Shown here: positions 49,170-62,000 of the stretch, piece after piece
How the letters are laid out: each line of letters starts with the position of its first letter
How positions within the stretch are numbered: position 1 is the stretch's first letter
Origin: Massalongia carnosa
Lineage: Eukaryota
Direction of reading: 5' to 3'
NCBI GenBank assembly: GCA_965645245.1
Contig: OZ287078.1
Span: forward strand, 1,736,001 to 1,800,000
DNA: 64,000 bases
Notes under the pieces: generated by a model
The model's input: only the letters and a program-made list of their open reading frames with translations
What the model was told of the DNA's origin: nothing
Databases searched by the model: none
Program-made: the position numbers and the translations under genes

Positions 49170-52100
49170 AAAGCGAGCCAAGCCTAATTCCTGAGGGGAC
49201 TATAACGAGGGGAGTCCAAAAATACCCGGCGACAGTGTTGCTTGATGGAGCAGCCGAGATTAATGTGATTAATCAGGGATTCGCCGTCGCTTCAGATCTT
49301 AGACCTATTGAAAGCGAACTACCTGCTCCTCAATTCATGGATGGTAAAGAGGTTTACTGCTATGGAGCTTATGAGGTAGTAATGGCTCTCGAGGATACTT
49401 GGCAGCGACAGCGCACCTTTACCAGCGTGTTTTACGCAATTGACAAATAGGGCCCTGACTTGGTGTTGGGTCTCCCTGGTCTCAAACAGCTGGGTATCGT
49501 AATCGATTATGGAGCGAAGCGCTGGCGTTATGGCTTTCAGTCTGATATGTTCGAGTTGTGCAAGCCTAAACAGTTTGCGAAGACCCTGGATTCCGGGGCA
49601 CCACTCTATGCTATAGTGGCTCAACCCAATGCACCTTCTTCCGAAAGACAACCTGTTAATGTTGGCGCTGTTGATGAGAACAACAGCCGGAACACCAACG
49701 AAACGCAGGGGATACCTGTGGAATTTGCTGAATTCCAGGATGTTTTTTCTAAGGACAGAGCCAATCAATTAGCTACGCACAAGGACTGTGACCACGCTAT
49801 CGATTTAGAAGGCGGTGATCCACCTTATGGTCCTTTATACAACTTATCGAATACGGAGCTTAAGACTCTTCGGGAATATCTTGACGACGCCCTGGCGAAG
49901 GGTTGGATCCGGCACTCCACCAGTTCTGCAGGTGCACCAATACTATTTGTGCCTAAGAAGGACGGTACTCTGCGCCTCTGCGTTGACTATCGAGGATTGA
50001 ATAAGGTGACCAAAAAGAATCGTCATCCGCTCCCTCTTATCACGCAGATACTGGATCAGTTAAACGGGTGTTCCTATTTTACCAAAATGGATTTGCGAGA
50101 TGCTTATCATCGTCTCCGAATCCGCAAGGGCGACGAGTGGAAGACGGCATTTCGATCCCGTTACGGACACTACGAGTATATGGTTATGCCTTTTGGATTA
50201 GCCAACGCCCCTGCAACTTTTCAAGCTTACATCAATAAAGCTTTATCTGGGATCGTGGATGTTTTCTGCGTAGTCTATCTGGACGATATATTGGTATTTT
50301 CCAAAGATAGAACCAGCCATGTGGAGCATGTTAAAGAGGTGTTACGTCGTCTAAGGAAACACGATCTCTATGCAAATCTTAAAAAGTGCGAGTTCTTTGC
50401 TCCGGCCGTGGAATATCTAGGGTTTATCATTAGCAGCGATGGTATCTCCATGGATCCACGCCGGGTTGAAACCGTGCGGGATTGGCCTGCACTTCAGTCC
50501 TTTCGAGACATTCAGGTCTTTCTAGGATTCGCCAATTTCTATCGACGTTTCATACGTCATTATTCTCAAATCACTAGGCCATTGACTGACATGCTGAAAG
50601 GCATGCAGGCTGGGATAAAAAGGGGTACTTTTTATCTTACGGCCGAAGGAGCGGAAGCGTTTAGCAAGCTGAAAGAAGCCTTTCAGGGCGCGCCCATCTT
50701 GGTTCACTTCGATCCAGAACTGCTCATTCGCCTAGAGACCGATGCATCGGATTTCGGAATCTCTGGCATTATCTCCCAGTTGCAGAAGGATGGGCAATGG
50801 CATCCCGTCGCTTTCTACTCGCGGAAGATGATACCGGCCGAGCGCAACTATGAAACCCATGATCAAGAGTTGCTGGCCATTGTGATGTGTTTTAAACACT
50901 GGAGGCATTACCTGGAGGGTAGCCTGCACCCCGTTGAGGTCCTGCCAGACCACAACAATTTGAGGGGTTTTATGAATATTAAGGTGTTGAGTGGTCGGCA
51001 AGCGCGATGGGCTATGAAATTAGCCGCTTATGATTTCGTAATCATGCATCGCTCGGGAAAGACCAATCCTGCCGATGCACCGTCTAGGCGCCCTGATTAT
51101 CAGAGCATCAACACCGAGGTGACGAGATTGTTGCCTACTCTTCAAAAGAAGCTGAGCAAAATAGATTCCTTATGCGTAGGTTATACGCCGGGAATTCGTA
51201 CGGTGCTTGCCGCACTTAGGTATGATCTTCGCTCAAAGATAGCTTCGTCCGGGATTGAACCCCTGGAGAATTTAGAGGGTGAAACCTCTAAATCAATTAC
51301 TTCTCTTGACGAAGAGAGTGATACTTTTGAGGTCGGCTTGACGCAATGTATTCCCCGGGCTGTAGCTGTTGCCTTATCAGATGAAGAAAAGCCTCTGGAA
51401 AGTGCTTCCAAGTCAGTGCTTGAACTCATCAAGGCGCTACAGGGGAAAGACGCATTCGTGTCTAGCAGGCGAGAGACCGTTGCTAAGTCTTTGAAGCGCA
51501 AGGGTGGTCGCTCCCCCGAAGCAATTTGGACTATAGATAGCAATGATCTTCTCAATCATCGTGGCAGAATTTACGTGCCCGATGAAGAATCTATTCGTGC
51601 GGAGCTGTTGCGGCGTCATCATGACGACGAGCTCGCGGGTCATTTTGGTGCGGAGAAAACAGCTGAGTTGCTTACCCGCAAATACTATTGGAAAGGACTT
51701 AACAAGACTGTGAAGAAGTACACGGAATCCTGCGACATTTGTCAAAGGACGAAGGCGCCTAGGCACCGACCTTACGGGGTTATGCAATCGCTTCCACGTC
51801 CTTCCGGTCCTTGGAAAGAAATCACTATGGATTTCATAACTGGGTTTCCACCTAGCAAGCGTTTCGGCAGGGTTTATGACTCGTGCCTAGTAATTGTGGA
51901 TAGATATACCAAAATGGCGCTATACATCCCGGTTACGAAAAAAATCAATGCAGTGGACCTTGCAGAAATTCTGTTTGAATCGGTAGTATTACAGTTCGGC
52001 ACTCCTGAGGGCATAGTATCGGATAGAGGGTCGGTCTTTACCAGTGAGTACTGGTCAGAAATTTGTTTTCATTTAAAGACGAAACGCCGGCTTAGCACGG

Positions 52101-52918
52101 CCTTTCACCCTCAAACTGATGGCCAAACCGAACGACAAAACCAGACCCTTGAACACTATTTGAGAGTTTACTGCACTGACAATCAATCCAACTGGGTGGC
52201 ACTATTGCCCCTAGCACAATTTGTCTACCAAGTCAGTTATCAAAGTACGCTTGGGTGCAGCCCCTTTTATTGTATGTACGGCTATAACCCGGAGATTCGC
52301 TACGAAGTCGGGGACGACATCGCTGTGGAGAGGGTGCCCGCTGCGAAAGAACGAGTAAAGCAATTACACGAGTTCAGATATTCTTTAGAGGCACGCTGGA
52401 AAAGCGTATCCGAAGCGCAGGCCAAGTACTACAACAGGAAACATCTTGAGAAAGATTTCAATGAAGGGGACTTGGTAATGTTATCTGCCAAGAATCTAAA
52501 ACAAAAAAGGCCTAGTAAGAAACTTTCACATAAGTTTTTAGGTCCTTTTCGCATTCTAGAAGCAGTCGGCAAGCAGGCGTATCGTCTTGCTCTTCCTACG
52601 ACTTATAGAATTCACCCGGTCTTTCATGTCTCTTACCTAGAACCTTACAAGCGAAGAGATGGTCAAGAGCATATACCGTTTCTACCCCCACCTGAAATTA
52701 TTAACGATGAACAGGAATGGGAAGTGGAAGAAATTATAGGTAGAAGGTCTGAGAAAGGGGAAATATTCTATAAGGTAAAATGGGTAGGATACCCTGAAGA
52801 ATATGATGAGTGGGTACCAGAGAAAGATCTGGATGGAGCCTTAGAACTGAAGCAGGATTTCGATGCAAAGCCGAAAGCAAAGCGCAGGCGAATCAAGAAA
52901 CTACAGGTTAGTCGCTGA
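49154..52918 (+). CDS. pol: Gypsy Pol (PR-RT-RH-IN-chromodomain) in the -1 frame, with one in-frame TAG at 49448-49450
   Basis: LLDGAAEIN, YLDDILVFS, ETDASDF, SDRG, TDGQTER, EWEVEEII...VKWVGY; slippery heptamers GGGAAAA (49112) and GGGAAAC (49154) in the gag overlap. Confidence 0.9.
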
Positions 52919-54632
52919 ATCCAGCGAAACCCTTCTTATTCGCCATCTCATCACCATCGGAACCTTCTGCTTTCTCGTCCGGCACCTCATCATCACCATC
53001 AGTATCTTCTACTTCCTCGTCCGACTCCTCATCACCCTTTTCTTCCTTGAGACTCTCGCTGGAGGAGGTTTCGGAGACAACAATCTCGTACTCCTCACCG
53101 TCTTCACCTAAATCAACAAACCACCAACGCTAGCGTTACCGAGCTCGGATCTCTGCTGATAATCGCCATCGTCCCCTTCTCCGCTACTTCTAGCGCTCGG
53201 AGCGGCATCGGCGACCCAGCATTACCGAGAAGCTAGTGATATTTACATCTACCTACGTCAAGCGCCAGGTATTCGCGCTTTCTACACAACAAACTTGCTA
53301 TCTACGCGACATCTTCTATCACGTCCCTACACACACCCTTCCGCGTTCGAGTACTGTACGTGCTGGAGGACCAGCACTATAGGAGAGGAGGCAATTGTCA
53401 GGGCATAGAAGGAATAAGGGCTAAGCTAACTAAGCGGGGCTTAGTTCTACGGCTAGGCTTAGTCATATGGAAAGCAGTTGGTCTGCGTTACGCGGTTGGT
53501 ATCTACTGCCGAGAGTATAGTACGAGCGATCGAGATATACGAGGATGCTCGTACGACTAGTGAGCGGATGGTACGATACAGTCAGCACAATGTCCACGAT
53601 ACAGTCAGCACAGTGTTTACGATACAGTCAGCACAGTGTCCACGATGCAGTCAGCAGAGTGTTTAGCCGGCTTATCCGGTAGGAGTAATGGGCGGTCAAG
53701 ATAGTTACAGTATCAAGGGCCCAGAGGGTCAAGGGCTTCGGTCCGGGTATATAAGGAGGCTGCTCGAGGGAGATGCAATCTTCAACGATTAGTCTTCCGC
53801 TTTACCTACATACTTCTTTTAGTATATTAGTATAGCAAATCATTAGTGTCTTCACATTGTCACATATCCCTAGGCCTGGTGTCTGATAATCGCCAGGTCT
53901 GACTCTTACACATTGCGCCACCTGTCCTTCCCGACCAAAAGGCACAATACTTAGTCCGTAGACCAAGCTCTATTCTACTATAACTGGGACTCCTGCTATG
54001 TTCGCTGTAGGTCCTGCCGTCCGTACCACGCTTGGTCGAACCGTTACAGATGATGAGTTTAATTTTGTTAATTAGAAACTTTTACATATAAAAATCTTTC
54101 TAGGGTGACCGCCGGGTTGGGTTTGAACCCTGCCCGGGCTCCCGACCCGATCACATCGGACGTTTTTGGACATGACGCTTGTCCGATCAGTTCTCTTGAC
54201 CGATCAGTTCTCTTGAAGATAATTCTTTTCTGTAGTAAGAAGAATAGTACTGTCGTCTTCGCAACGAACAGTTGTTCTCCCCTACTAACTCAGCCTTTTC
54301 CCGCACGTCAGGTCTGTAACTATCCTCGTAGATACAATAGATACTGAAACTGATGAGAGCACAGCTGAGTCATGATGAGCAGGCGGCGCTGTAACAATAA
54401 TATTTTAATTTGACACAATTAAAAAGAAAAAAATATTTACGTTTACTTAGCCAATTCATCTAGAAGAATTTACATAGAATACTAGAAGCATTATCGTAAC
54501 TAATCGCAGCTAACCAGAAATAATATCCCTTGTTGATAATCGAAAGTAGCGTACCTGTCAGAAGGAGAAGTGGATGATTATTTTATTATTTATGACTTCA
54601 CTTTCTTCTTTCATAATATTCTCTGGCTCACA

Positions 54633-56450
54633 ATGCCGGTGGAACTCATCATCGGAGGCATAGGTCTTGCGAGCCTGCTCTCTCTGTTCCAGACCTGCAA
54701 TAGAGCGTATGATGTTTTCATCCGATCTGCAAATGACATCGGCAAAGACGCACATCTACAGGTGTGCATCTTGAAGTTGAGAGACGGAGGCTGCAGCTCT
54801 GGGGCAGATATCTTGGGATTTCTCAGGCGCAGGGGTGCCAATTGCTATTGAGAGAATCATACGAGACGTAGAAATTCGTTGTTGCGCGTCTCGACGCTAT
54901 CAAGTTGTTATTGGATGACATCGACCTAATTATGATTCTGTACGGGGTCAGAATTTGCGAGGCTGGTCAGGATTCAAGCCCAGATCCAATGATTGGGCTT
55001 CAGGATCTAAATCTGGACGATATACGCAGCTGTGCCGCGGTGAATATTGCGGAAGTCAAACGGACGACGATGGAACGTTCGATCGTCGTCTCAACATCAC
55101 GGCTAGGAAAGCTCCATTGGGCACTGAGCGACAGCGTCAAGCTTAGGAGACTTGTTGATGACTTGCGACTGTTGAATGAGAGCCTGTGGATTGCGTTGCC
55201 CGTAAAAATGTGGATTGCGCTGGCAAAGGGTTTACCATCTGTGGTGCTTCAGGGGATTTTGGATCAGGCAACGCTGTCAAAAATGAAGAACAAAGCGAAT
55301 CGGAACAAAACAACGGAGTTGCTCGCTTCATGCGCAGATCTGAGGCGAGCTGCCTTAACCGCAGTGGTGAACGAGTCGAGTCCATCCTTTGCAAATGAAT
55401 TCCTGCTACCGTCAACCAGTGTGACGGATTTGGTGAGTTTCAAGTCTGGAGATACCAAGAAAGCCGGCCAGAATAGATTCATTGCCTCAGTCGCAAGGGC
55501 GGATGGAAGCAATGAACCCGCGATTCTGGAATGGAGATATGTGGACCGATCATTAAATTTCAATGACATGAAAACTATACGATCGCGCATCAAGACGCTT
55601 GCTGTGGTACTTAGCTCGGAGAGATCGGCCGATTTCGGGCTTCTCAGATGCATTGGCTACTTCAAAGACACGAAGTATCTTGCAGAAAAGTCTATTGAGA
55701 GATACGGTCTTCTGTTTAGGCCTCTAGCTATGTCAAGACTACCCCAACCATCAAACGCTGCATTGCCAACATCAATATCGTCTCGCCCTTACTCTCTGCA
55801 TGAGTACATAAATGGCACAACGACGCCTCCGTTCCTGGGTGATCGGTTCCAGATTGCTACGGCTCTCTGTAATATCATTCTTCAGCTTCATGCGTCTGAT
55901 TGGCTTCACAAAAGCAGCCAGTTCATCAAATGTTCTTTTCAGCCTGTCACCGACTTATTCATCATCCTCAGACCTCGATCCATCCCACCCATTCCTGCTA
56001 GGTTTCGACTTCTCGCGTCCTGACCGCCCTACCACACCCTCGCTGGAGAATCCTTTGGACCGAAGCAGCAACGATTACCGCCACCCGTCCTTGTGGCCGT
56101 CTGATTCTTCTCCAACCTCACCGCGATTCCGCAAACAGTACGGCATCTATGCGCTCGGAGTTGTGCTTCTCGAGATTGGTAACTGGAGTTTGATTGGGGC
56201 CCAGCCAGGTAAATACAGGAACTCAAGAAAGCCACAAGTCTGGCAAAACCGCTTACTCTTGTGTGCAGAAAGCCTTGGGTCTAGATGTGGCAGAATATAT
56301 CAAGTGGTCGAAACTTGTTTGACGGGTCGAGTCGTTGAACACGACTCGGTAGGGCAGGGTATTCGTATGAGTGAGTTTGAGGCAGAAGACTTCCCCCAAG
56401 CTTCTTTTCTTTTTGACGTTGTGTACAAGCTTGGTAGATATTTTGCGTGA
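54633..56450 (+). pseudogene. HeLo-domain plus kinase-like protein (HET-S/HeLo family)
   Basis: N-terminal hydrophobic helix MPVELIIGGIGLASLLSLFQTC, ERRRLQLWG, LHWALSDSVKLRRLVDDLRLLNESL; kinase-like CIGYF, WLHKS..SSNVLF, GFDFSRP, YRHP, IYALGVVLLEIG; frameshifts near 54770 and 55915, TAG near 54869. Confidence 0.8.
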
Positions 56451-56673
56451 GATTATCAGTGTTGATGTTATACTAAAACGTTAATCTAATAGACAAGGTT
56501 AGGTAATTGATGACTGCTTGACCAGAATAGACTAAGGGTAGTTTAGTTGATGGATGTTCATAAAATACCCACGATAGACAATAATCAAAATTATTCTCTT
56601 CAAAAATACTCATACATGCATCAAGTGATTAATTCACTTCAACAATCTGTGCGGTTTGGCTTGCAAGGCACTT

Positions 56674-58642
56674 TCACGGGGACAATGTTTGCATTTTTCG
56701 AACCCATGGATAAGGTAATTGCGTAGCCCAGGCATTCTTCACTGCCAGAGGAAGTGCATGCGTTGCACCTTTACTCCTCAACTGCATGCAAATATCGTTT
56801 CTTCCAGCTTCAAAACACTCCACCAAAAATTTCTTTGAAGCCCGATTTCCCCAGAGGTATGGGGGATCCGAGACAAACAAAACATCCAAGGGGTTGGCTC
56901 CTGAGGAGTTGAGATGATTTGGGTTTGCGCCGGCTTCCAGAAGCGCAGTTGCCATGTCTTTGCTTCCTACAAAGGCTGCAACATGATGTGCAGTGTTGCC
57001 ATGATTATCTCTACTGTCGATATGGTGCTGTTTGGGAAATTGGCGCAGCAGCAGATTGATGGTCCTTCTCCTCCGAGAACAAGCAAATAGTTCCGTGTCG
57101 AGTATGTCTCCACCGGAATTTATACCGCAGGCCATCATAAGGGCGGAGTATTTGTTGGTCTCGTCTACGATAAAGAGCAAATCCAGGGTCTCTCGGATTT
57201 ATAGCAAGCTGCAGAGGTACTCTACCGGCTTCTCGCCCACAGTCGTCGACCAAGCGATAAAGTGGCCGAACAACTATAGCTCTGCAAAGGCCATGCCTGC
57301 CAGACGGCTTGAGAGTAAAGTCTGGCGCTCGGTGTTACGTAGGGGTTTTGCGAAGAAGACGATCTGCAACTGCGAAATTACAGTTAGCCACTGCCGTCAT
57401 AAATGCAGTCATGCCATCCAACTCAGTCCTGTGGTCCAGGAGAGAATGAGCACCGTGGTCGAGAAGGATACCGGCTGACTCCGCGTTATTCGAGAAAACT
57501 GATAATAGATGTAAGGTGCTCCGTTGAAACCCGTCCATACTGGTTGCGTCACCCCCGTAGTCGAGAACGATGTGTAAAATTTTAGGATCACCCCTGACTG
57601 CAGCTTCGTGAACTAGGCGATGTTCGACCCAAGCTGGATGTGAGAGCGGAAGTTTTGCGTGCTTAAGGCTGCTTGGATCTGCGTCTTTTATAGTCGCCAT
57701 GCTCTTGCTGAGACCGTTGAGTACAATTTCTAGGATTTCTCTCCGACACTCAGACACAGCCCCTGAGACAAGGTATTGATAAAAAGCATCGACTTCAGCC
57801 CAATCACGGAACGGAATGGGTGTCGACAACAGTAGCTTAAGAGCCCTCTCTTGTTCTTTGGGTTTGGCATAATTATTCAGTATTCGCAGATCACTCCATA
57901 AAGTCATAACTGAAGACGCATCCTCTCTAGAAACCTTAAATTCCGGTTGTCTCGAAAACCTGTCAAGGAACTGCGATCTTCCAGGGAAGCAAGCAAATCT
58001 CACAGGTGTTACTTTATCAAGAACAAGCATATTGATATCCGCCCCTTTTTTCAAGAGAGCGTCTACATATATCTCATTTCCCATAGCCATTGCCCAATTG
58101 AGAGGAGGCCCTTTCACATAGAAACTTTTCAACCCGCCAAGAAAACTTGGTAGCGCCCTTTCTTGAGTTACTTGCGCATTGATATCGGCACCGCGTAGGA
58201 GGAATTCTTCCAATACTCGTGTAGGGTCCGGCAATAAGCCAAGCCAGTGCAGCGGAGTTTCACCGCCAGCATAAACCAAATCGACATCTACGTTAAGGTG
58301 CAGCAGTGCCAGTATTTTCCCCTCCCTCCCAACACAACAAGCCATGAGCAACGAAGTCACTCCATCGGCGTTCCGCACGTTCTTGTCGATTTTCAGGACC
58401 TAAGTGCAGTATTCTAGGACTGATGTGTCGGAGTTTTCCGATCCAGCGGTTAAATGCAATAACGTGTTTTCAAAAAACTCGTCCTGTCTTGCAGGTGATC
58501 CATCAACCATCGGGGAAAATTGCATTGACAGATCCGAGGTCGTCTCATACAAATCGCAAACCGCGTTGAATTTCGTGTTTACAAAGCTTGCCGTAGAGCC
58601 GTTGTAGACTTTACTTCTCGCCACAGCTACTGTTCTGGCTAG
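56674..58642 (-). pseudogene. Ankyrin-repeat protein, 3' part; 5' part displaced by the LINE insertion
   Basis: Repeats NTLLHLTA, GVTSLLMAC, GETPLHWL, GMTAFMTAV, GNTAHHVAA, GANPLD; in-frame stop at 58400-58402; frameshift near 57335; the frame runs up to the LINE tail. Confidence 0.82.
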
Positions 58643-59006
58643 GATTGATTGATTGATTGATTGATTCATACACCGATCCAAGGGCCGAAGGCCCTTATGC
58701 GGGAGTGCTAAACTACATCGGGGGGTGTCCCAGGGGATGGGTATCTAAGTCTGCTGAGGGCAGAATTGCTGCACTAAGCGCTGAAAGTACAAAAAATACA
58801 AAATCTCTTTTAGCTGTACAAGGGGTTGTGAATGCAAGGAACAGGGAAAAGAAGACACAGACAGAGGGACAAACCGCTTGAGACAAATCGATAAATAGAA
58901 CTCCAACGCCACCCTCCTGGGCCCCTGTGCTTGGTGTTGATACATGCAAGCCCTACCATGGTAGAGACTATTCTGTGAGCGGGATAAAACAAGAGCCGGC
59001 CTGCCG

Positions 59007-62000
59007 TTAACTCGTGGATTGTTCGGTTGCTATCCTCACGTCTCCAAATTGGCCGAGGAGACATGAGGATAGCATGAATTTGGATGCTGCCTTGGCCAGT
59101 CTGGGGGTGCTAAAAATTTCTTGGAGATCGAACACCTTCCGGCCTATCCAGATAGTCTCCATGCGCAATCGATGGTGCCTGACGCACTCCAGAAGCACAT
59201 GGTGAACTGTTTGATAACCGAAGCCGCATGGGCATTCGCCCGTTTCGGTGCGGCAAATATCTGAGAGATACTTGCGTAGACCAATCTTACCTGTTCTCAT
59301 CTGCACCAGGGTGGAACTCATTGACTTGTGAAGCCCCTGGTAGAGCTGCAAGACCTTGTTAGTGGGCTGGGGGAGGAACTTTTTCGTCATCTGTCCGCGT
59401 TTTTCTGCCTCCCAATCCCCAGCCCATTCTTTGCTGATCATTGTCCTCATGTTGCGTTTTATCGCCGACTTCACTGTGTGTCCGAGGAAGTCGAAGTGGG
59501 TGATGGAGGGACTCTGGCCAGGTTCTAACCAGCCTGATGCTTCTTTTGCTGCTTGGTCTGCTATCTCGTTGCCTTCTACTCCCGTATGCCCAGGTATCCA
59601 GCAGAGTCTGACTCTGGCCTGCATCTCCCGGCATGCGTGGAGTTTTCCAATGATCTCGCGTAGTATGAACTGACCTGATTGAGTTCCGGGGTCGGCTACT
59701 GATTTGATGGCTGATTGATTATCTGCAAAAACCGTTATTATCTCCCCTTGCCATCGTGCAATAGCCGCCGCCAGTCCCAGGTCGATGCCCACTAGTTCCG
59801 CGAGGTAAAATGTGGCTTCTTTGTTCGTTCCGAGGCGGGTTCCTACCCGTGTGTTGTCGCTGGGGATGACTGCTGCCGCACCAACTCCGAAGGGGTTATC
59901 ACTCCCATCCGTGTATATGACTATTTGGTTCGGCTCTGATGTCATCTTGTCATGCTTTTTGATTGCTTCCTCTTTACTGGAAGCAATGTGCGTTTCGGGG
60001 GGAGACCACCATGGTTCCACTATGAATGGAAGAATGACCTCTAACCGCCAGGGTTGAGGGCATTTCCCCGAAGTCATTAAGCGGGACTCTAGCTTAGCTA
60101 GAGGGCTCCAGTATCGATAGTGGGAGTCCGCTTGGCTTGTCCAGGCGCGGATCTCACGTATTATGGCGTAAAGGGGGCTTGAACGTATGCGCAGTAGTGA
60201 CTCGTTCACTGCCTGCTTCATGCGTTGCCGGCCAGGCAGGAGGTGAAGCTCCATATCCAAGGCCGGGCCCGAGGTTGTTCTAAATGCCCCTGAAATGATC
60301 AGTGCCGCCCGTCGCTGAATAGATCTGACGGCTTTGAGCACGGCGGTTGCTTGCGTGATAGTCCCGTATCCGCCCTCGGGAACATACCATGCAGAGCATC
60401 CAAAGGTGAGTTGCGGTAGTATGGTGGCTTGATAGATCCTTCGAAGGCTCGCAAGACTGGTGCCCCATGTGGAGCCCGCAAGGCTGCCTAGGGCCCCCAG
60501 TCTCTTTGAGGTTTTGGCTTCCAGTTTCCTTAAATGGGCGTGCCATTTGAGCTTGTCGTCGAATGTGGCGCCCAGGTAGGTGGCGGTATGCTGTGGCTTG
60601 ATGGTTTTGCCCGCTAGGGAGATAGCTCTCTCTGGGGGGTTCAAAGCCGTCTCTGAGGGTCCTTTGATAAAGTGCAAGAGCTGGAATTTGGCGGGGGCAA
60701 ATTTGGAGGCGTGTGTGTCCGCCCATTTCTGCTCTCTCGTCATGAACGAGGCTTCGAGATTTCTACAGTTCTGTTCTGCTGAAGTTCCAATAATTAGTTT
60801 GGATATGTCATCGACATAGCCCAAGTTCATCTTTTTGGGCCCTTCCTCTTCCATAAGGTCGGCGTTGTAGAAGAGATAAAGAATAGGAGATATAGGGGAT
60901 CCCTGAGGGACTCCAAAGTTCGTGGTGAATGGTTGCGAGGTGTAGTCGGGCATGGCGATGGTCGTTTTCCTTTCCTGAAGGAAGCTTTCGATCCATTTAG
61001 CTATGTTGCCGCCTATTCTTCTCTTCCGTAGGTTGTGCAGTAGTATTTCGTGGGATACGTTATCGTAAGCACCCGAGATGTCCAGCATGAGCACTGTGGC
61101 CACTTCGTTGTTAAGCCAGGCTGCGTGGATGGCCTCTAGGAGCAGATGGAGGCCATGTTCGGGTGATCTAGCTCGCCTGCCGCCTATATGGAGTCTGGGG
61201 AGTAGGCTCTCGGTCTCCACCGCGTGATTGATTCTGGTTGCAATGATCTTCTCCATAGTCTTACCTAAAGTGTTGAGCAAGGCTATGGGTCTGTATGAAT
61301 TCGGCAAACTGTAGTCGGCCTTGGCTGGTTTTCTGAGAACCACCGTGGTGGATTCTCTGAAAGCATTGGGGTGATGACCCAGTTCCCAGGTGGCGTTATA
61401 CAGAGCTACAAGTGTGGGCATGATGAGCGGTAACACATCTCTGAGGATTCTATTAGGCAGTCCGTCGGGGCCTGGGGCCGAGAGTGGTGCTGCCTTTGTG
61501 ATGGCTTTAGTTATTTCCCGAGCTGAGATGGGAGCAAATTGGATTGGCTCTGGATAGTGATAATCGGCCATGTCTTCAAGATTGGTCGCGTCCGGGATAG
61601 GAAAAAACTGTCTGCGAAGCAGTTCAGCCTTGCCCGAGGCCTCCGTCACTTTGGAGCCATCGCTTTTCATTAGGGTTGGGGTGAAGGCTTGGAATGGGGT
61701 CGACCTGTTCTTAGCCCATTTCGCACGCTTCCAGAGACCATCCGGAGTGCTGGTGGCCTCCTCTACCCTGTCCCTATGTGTTGTCTTAAGAGCTTTTTGT
61801 ACGATTTTGTTTTTGCTGTTTCTCGCCTCTCGGTAGGCTTCCCAGTCTTCCAGAGAGCGCGTTTCCTTATGCTTGCGCCTGAGACGTCTGCATAGGGTGA
61901 CTGCCTCTTTGCATTCCGGGGTAAAGCCAGGTTTTGAATGATTGCACCCTCTAGAAAGTGGGACTGCTGTCTCCACTGCGTGCTGGATAGCTTCAACTAA

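Larger units (their letters stand above)
47336..53910 (+). mobile_element. Full-length Ty3/Gypsy chromovirus (6575 bp), young
   Basis: 515-bp LTRs 47336-47850 and 53396-53910, identical by eye; TSD CATTG at 47331-47335 and 53911-53915; PPT AGGAGAGGAGG at 53381. Confidence 0.97.
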
